In this document: piece after piece, positions 62,482-64,000 of the stretch | Position numbering within the stretch: the stretch's first letter is position 1 | Layout of the letters: each line of letters begins with the position of its first letter | NCBI GenBank assembly: GCA_963762565.1 | Contig: CAVXLD010000010.1 | Coordinates: forward strand, 128,001 to 192,000 | Direction: 5' to 3' | From: an uncultured Verrucomicrobiae bacterium | GTDB taxonomy: Bacteria; Verrucomicrobiota; Verrucomicrobiia; Chthoniobacterales; JAFAMB01 | Length of the DNA: 64,000 bases | The notes under the pieces: generated by a model | The model's database searches: none | What the model saw: only the letters and a program-made list of their open reading frames with translations | What the model was told of the DNA's origin: nothing | Translations under genes and position numbers: made by a program

Positions 62482-62586
62482 ATGGGTTCATTAAAGAAAA
62501 GACGAAAAGCAAAAATCGCGAAACATAAGCGACGGAAGCGAATGAAGGAAAATCGCCATAAGAAGCGTTTGCGATACAAGTCCTAA
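62482..62586 (+). CDS. 34-aa basic protein, AURKAIP1/COX24-domain (bS22/mS38-like)
   Basis: Hand translation: MGSLKKRRKAKIAKHKRRKRMKENRHKKRLRYKS*. It is below the ORF-track cutoff. Confidence 0.85.
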   Translation: MGSLKKRRKAKIAKHKRRKRMKENRHKKRLRYKS

Positions 62587-62603
62587 GCTTTAGGTTAGTC
62601 TTC

Positions 62604-64000
62604 ATGAATCCACCGGGGTCAGGGTGGGCGCACAAGCTTTTGCGGGTTGCGACTGGTTGGATCGCTCCTACCCTGCTGAGCTTCGCATTAGTCCAGGGTG
62701 CTTCGTCTGCACCTGACGCAGCGTTGCCGAAGCCTGCATTCAAGTTGCGAGACCCCGACGAGAACGTTTTCTCTGACCTGCGTCCAGGCGCGCCGGATTT
62801 GGGACTAGCGAAGACAACCGAGAGCAAAGCGGACGCTGAAGCCGCTTTTATTCAGGCCCTATTGCTGGAGGATGAAGGAGATACGGATGGCGCCTTGGCC
62901 GCCTACACCAAGGCGCTACAGCTAGATCCTGGAGCCGATCCAGATTTGGCTATCCGCGTAGCCAGCGAGTACGCGAACCGGGACGAAATCCCGAACGGGA
63001 TCGATCTGTTGAAGGACTTGGTCAAAGTCCGGCCAAACGAGGTCGAAGGGCTTCTGGCGCTGTCGGACCTTTATCTACACCGGCTAAAAAAACCGTACCT
63101 GGCGGTCAGCTATGCCGAGCAGGCCTTAAAAATCGCACCAAATCAGCTCAACACGTATCAGACGCTTTTCGAGGTTTATCTGGCTCTGAAGCGTAAGAAA
63201 GATGCAGAAGCCGTCTTGTTACGCGCAGAGAAACTGAACACCGAGGGCCCCAGTTTTTGGCTGACGCTTGCCGGCCTTGGGGTTCGCCTCTATACAAACG
63301 ATAAGGGGGTCTTTCAGTCTCCACATGTTTCATTAGTGCAGCCGTGTCTGGAAAAAGCCGCGGAGTTAGCCGGAAAAAATGCGGACACCTACTCCAAGAT
63401 CGGCGACGTCTATACCCAGATCGGTCAAGTCGCGACTGCGATTAACTTCTATGTTAAGGCACTCGAACTGAGCCAAGGTGACCAGGAAGTTGAGTACAAG
63501 CTCGCCGAGAGCTTCGCCAAGGCCGGCCAACGTGATGAAGCAATCAAAGCGCTCGAGGACTTAATCCAGAGCAATCCTCTCCGGCCTGAGATTTATGAAT
63601 TCGTAGCTCGGCTTTACCAAACCTCGAAAAACTACGAACGCGCTTTAGAAAACTACCAGCAAGCACTGCTGTTAGCGCCTGATCGGCCTGAGAACTATCT
63701 ACACGCCGCCGGGATGCAGTTGGAACTAAAGAAATACGACGCTGCTATCGCTACCTTGAATGAAGCGAGGCATCGATTTCGGATTCCCCAGATTACTTAT
63801 AGCTTGGCCATCGCCTTGAGCACAGCAAACCGCTTCGCCGATGCTATGCCGGTGTATGAGGCCGCTCTTCAGGAGGCTCGAGATTCGCAAGAGGAAGTCC
63901 TGGATGGTGCCTTCTATTTCAATTACGGTGTTTGCGCTGAACAAGGCGGCTTCATAGAGAAAGCCGCAGCACTCCTGCAAAAATCGATTGAGCTCGATCC
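62604..64000 (+). CDS. Tetratricopeptide-repeat protein, 3' end outside window
   Basis: Frame from ATG 62604 appears open to the window end. Signal-like N-terminus and repeated A...Y.KAL.L.P TPR patterns. Confidence 0.85.
   Translation, partial: MNPPGSGWAHKLLRVATGWIAPTLLSFALVQGASSAPDAALPKPAFKLRDPDENVFSDLRPGAPDLGLAKTTESKADAEAAFIQALLLEDEGDTDGALAAYTKALQLDPGADPDLAIRVASEYANRDEIPNGIDLLKDLVKVRPNEVEGLLALSDLYLHRLKKPYLAVSYAEQALKIAPNQLNTYQTLFEVYLALKRKKDAEAVLLRAEKLNTEGPSFWLTLAGLGVRLYTNDKGVFQSPHVSLVQPCLEKAAELAGKNADTYSKIGDVYTQIGQVATAINFYVKALELSQGDQEVEYKLAESFAKAGQRDEAIKALEDLIQSNPLRPEIYEFVARLYQTSKNYERALENYQQALLLAPDRPENYLHAAGMQLELKKYDAAIATLNEARHRFRIPQITYSLAIALSTANRFADAMPVYEAALQEARDSQEEVLDGAFYFNYGVCAEQGGFIEKAAALLQKSIELD

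Overview
This is a 64 kb, gene-dense stretch of bacterial core chromosome. The gene set and repeat style suggest Verrucomicrobia, which is my inference and not established from the sequence. Housekeeping genes: aas (5'-truncated), sdhCAB, leuB, trpF, a ClpX-like ATPase-recR-mnmA-recF run, mazG, hisBHA, prc, sufS-sufU, tRNA-Leu(GAG), aroB-dprA-topB, ppk1, cysH-cysD-cysNC, tkt, hisG, a 34-aa bS22/mS38-like protein and a TPR protein (3'-truncated). Accessory-looking modules: a 1189-aa TerB-like/FHA-like/ABCG fusion, two TetR paralogues with EmrAB, a TetR plus haloalkane dehalogenase, tandem MFS paralogues, a P-loop kinase-like gene with an orphan MalE-like protein and a Zn-dehydrogenase, and a circularly permuted ATP-grasp with alpha-E. 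I found no transposase, integrase, phage gene or CRISPR array. The intergenic DNA is saturated with structured repeats: four REP/REPIN-like families, a 275-bp MITE with a 46-bp collapsed derivative, and inverted 6-10-mer tandem brackets. The most unusual signal is five 48-50 bp palindromes. They share AGCC...GGCT ends, 21-22 bp arms and mostly CGTA-type centres, but have unrelated arm interiors. They sit on stop or start codons, in tandem hairpin clusters. All annotation was done by eye with no database searches, and many start codons are estimates.
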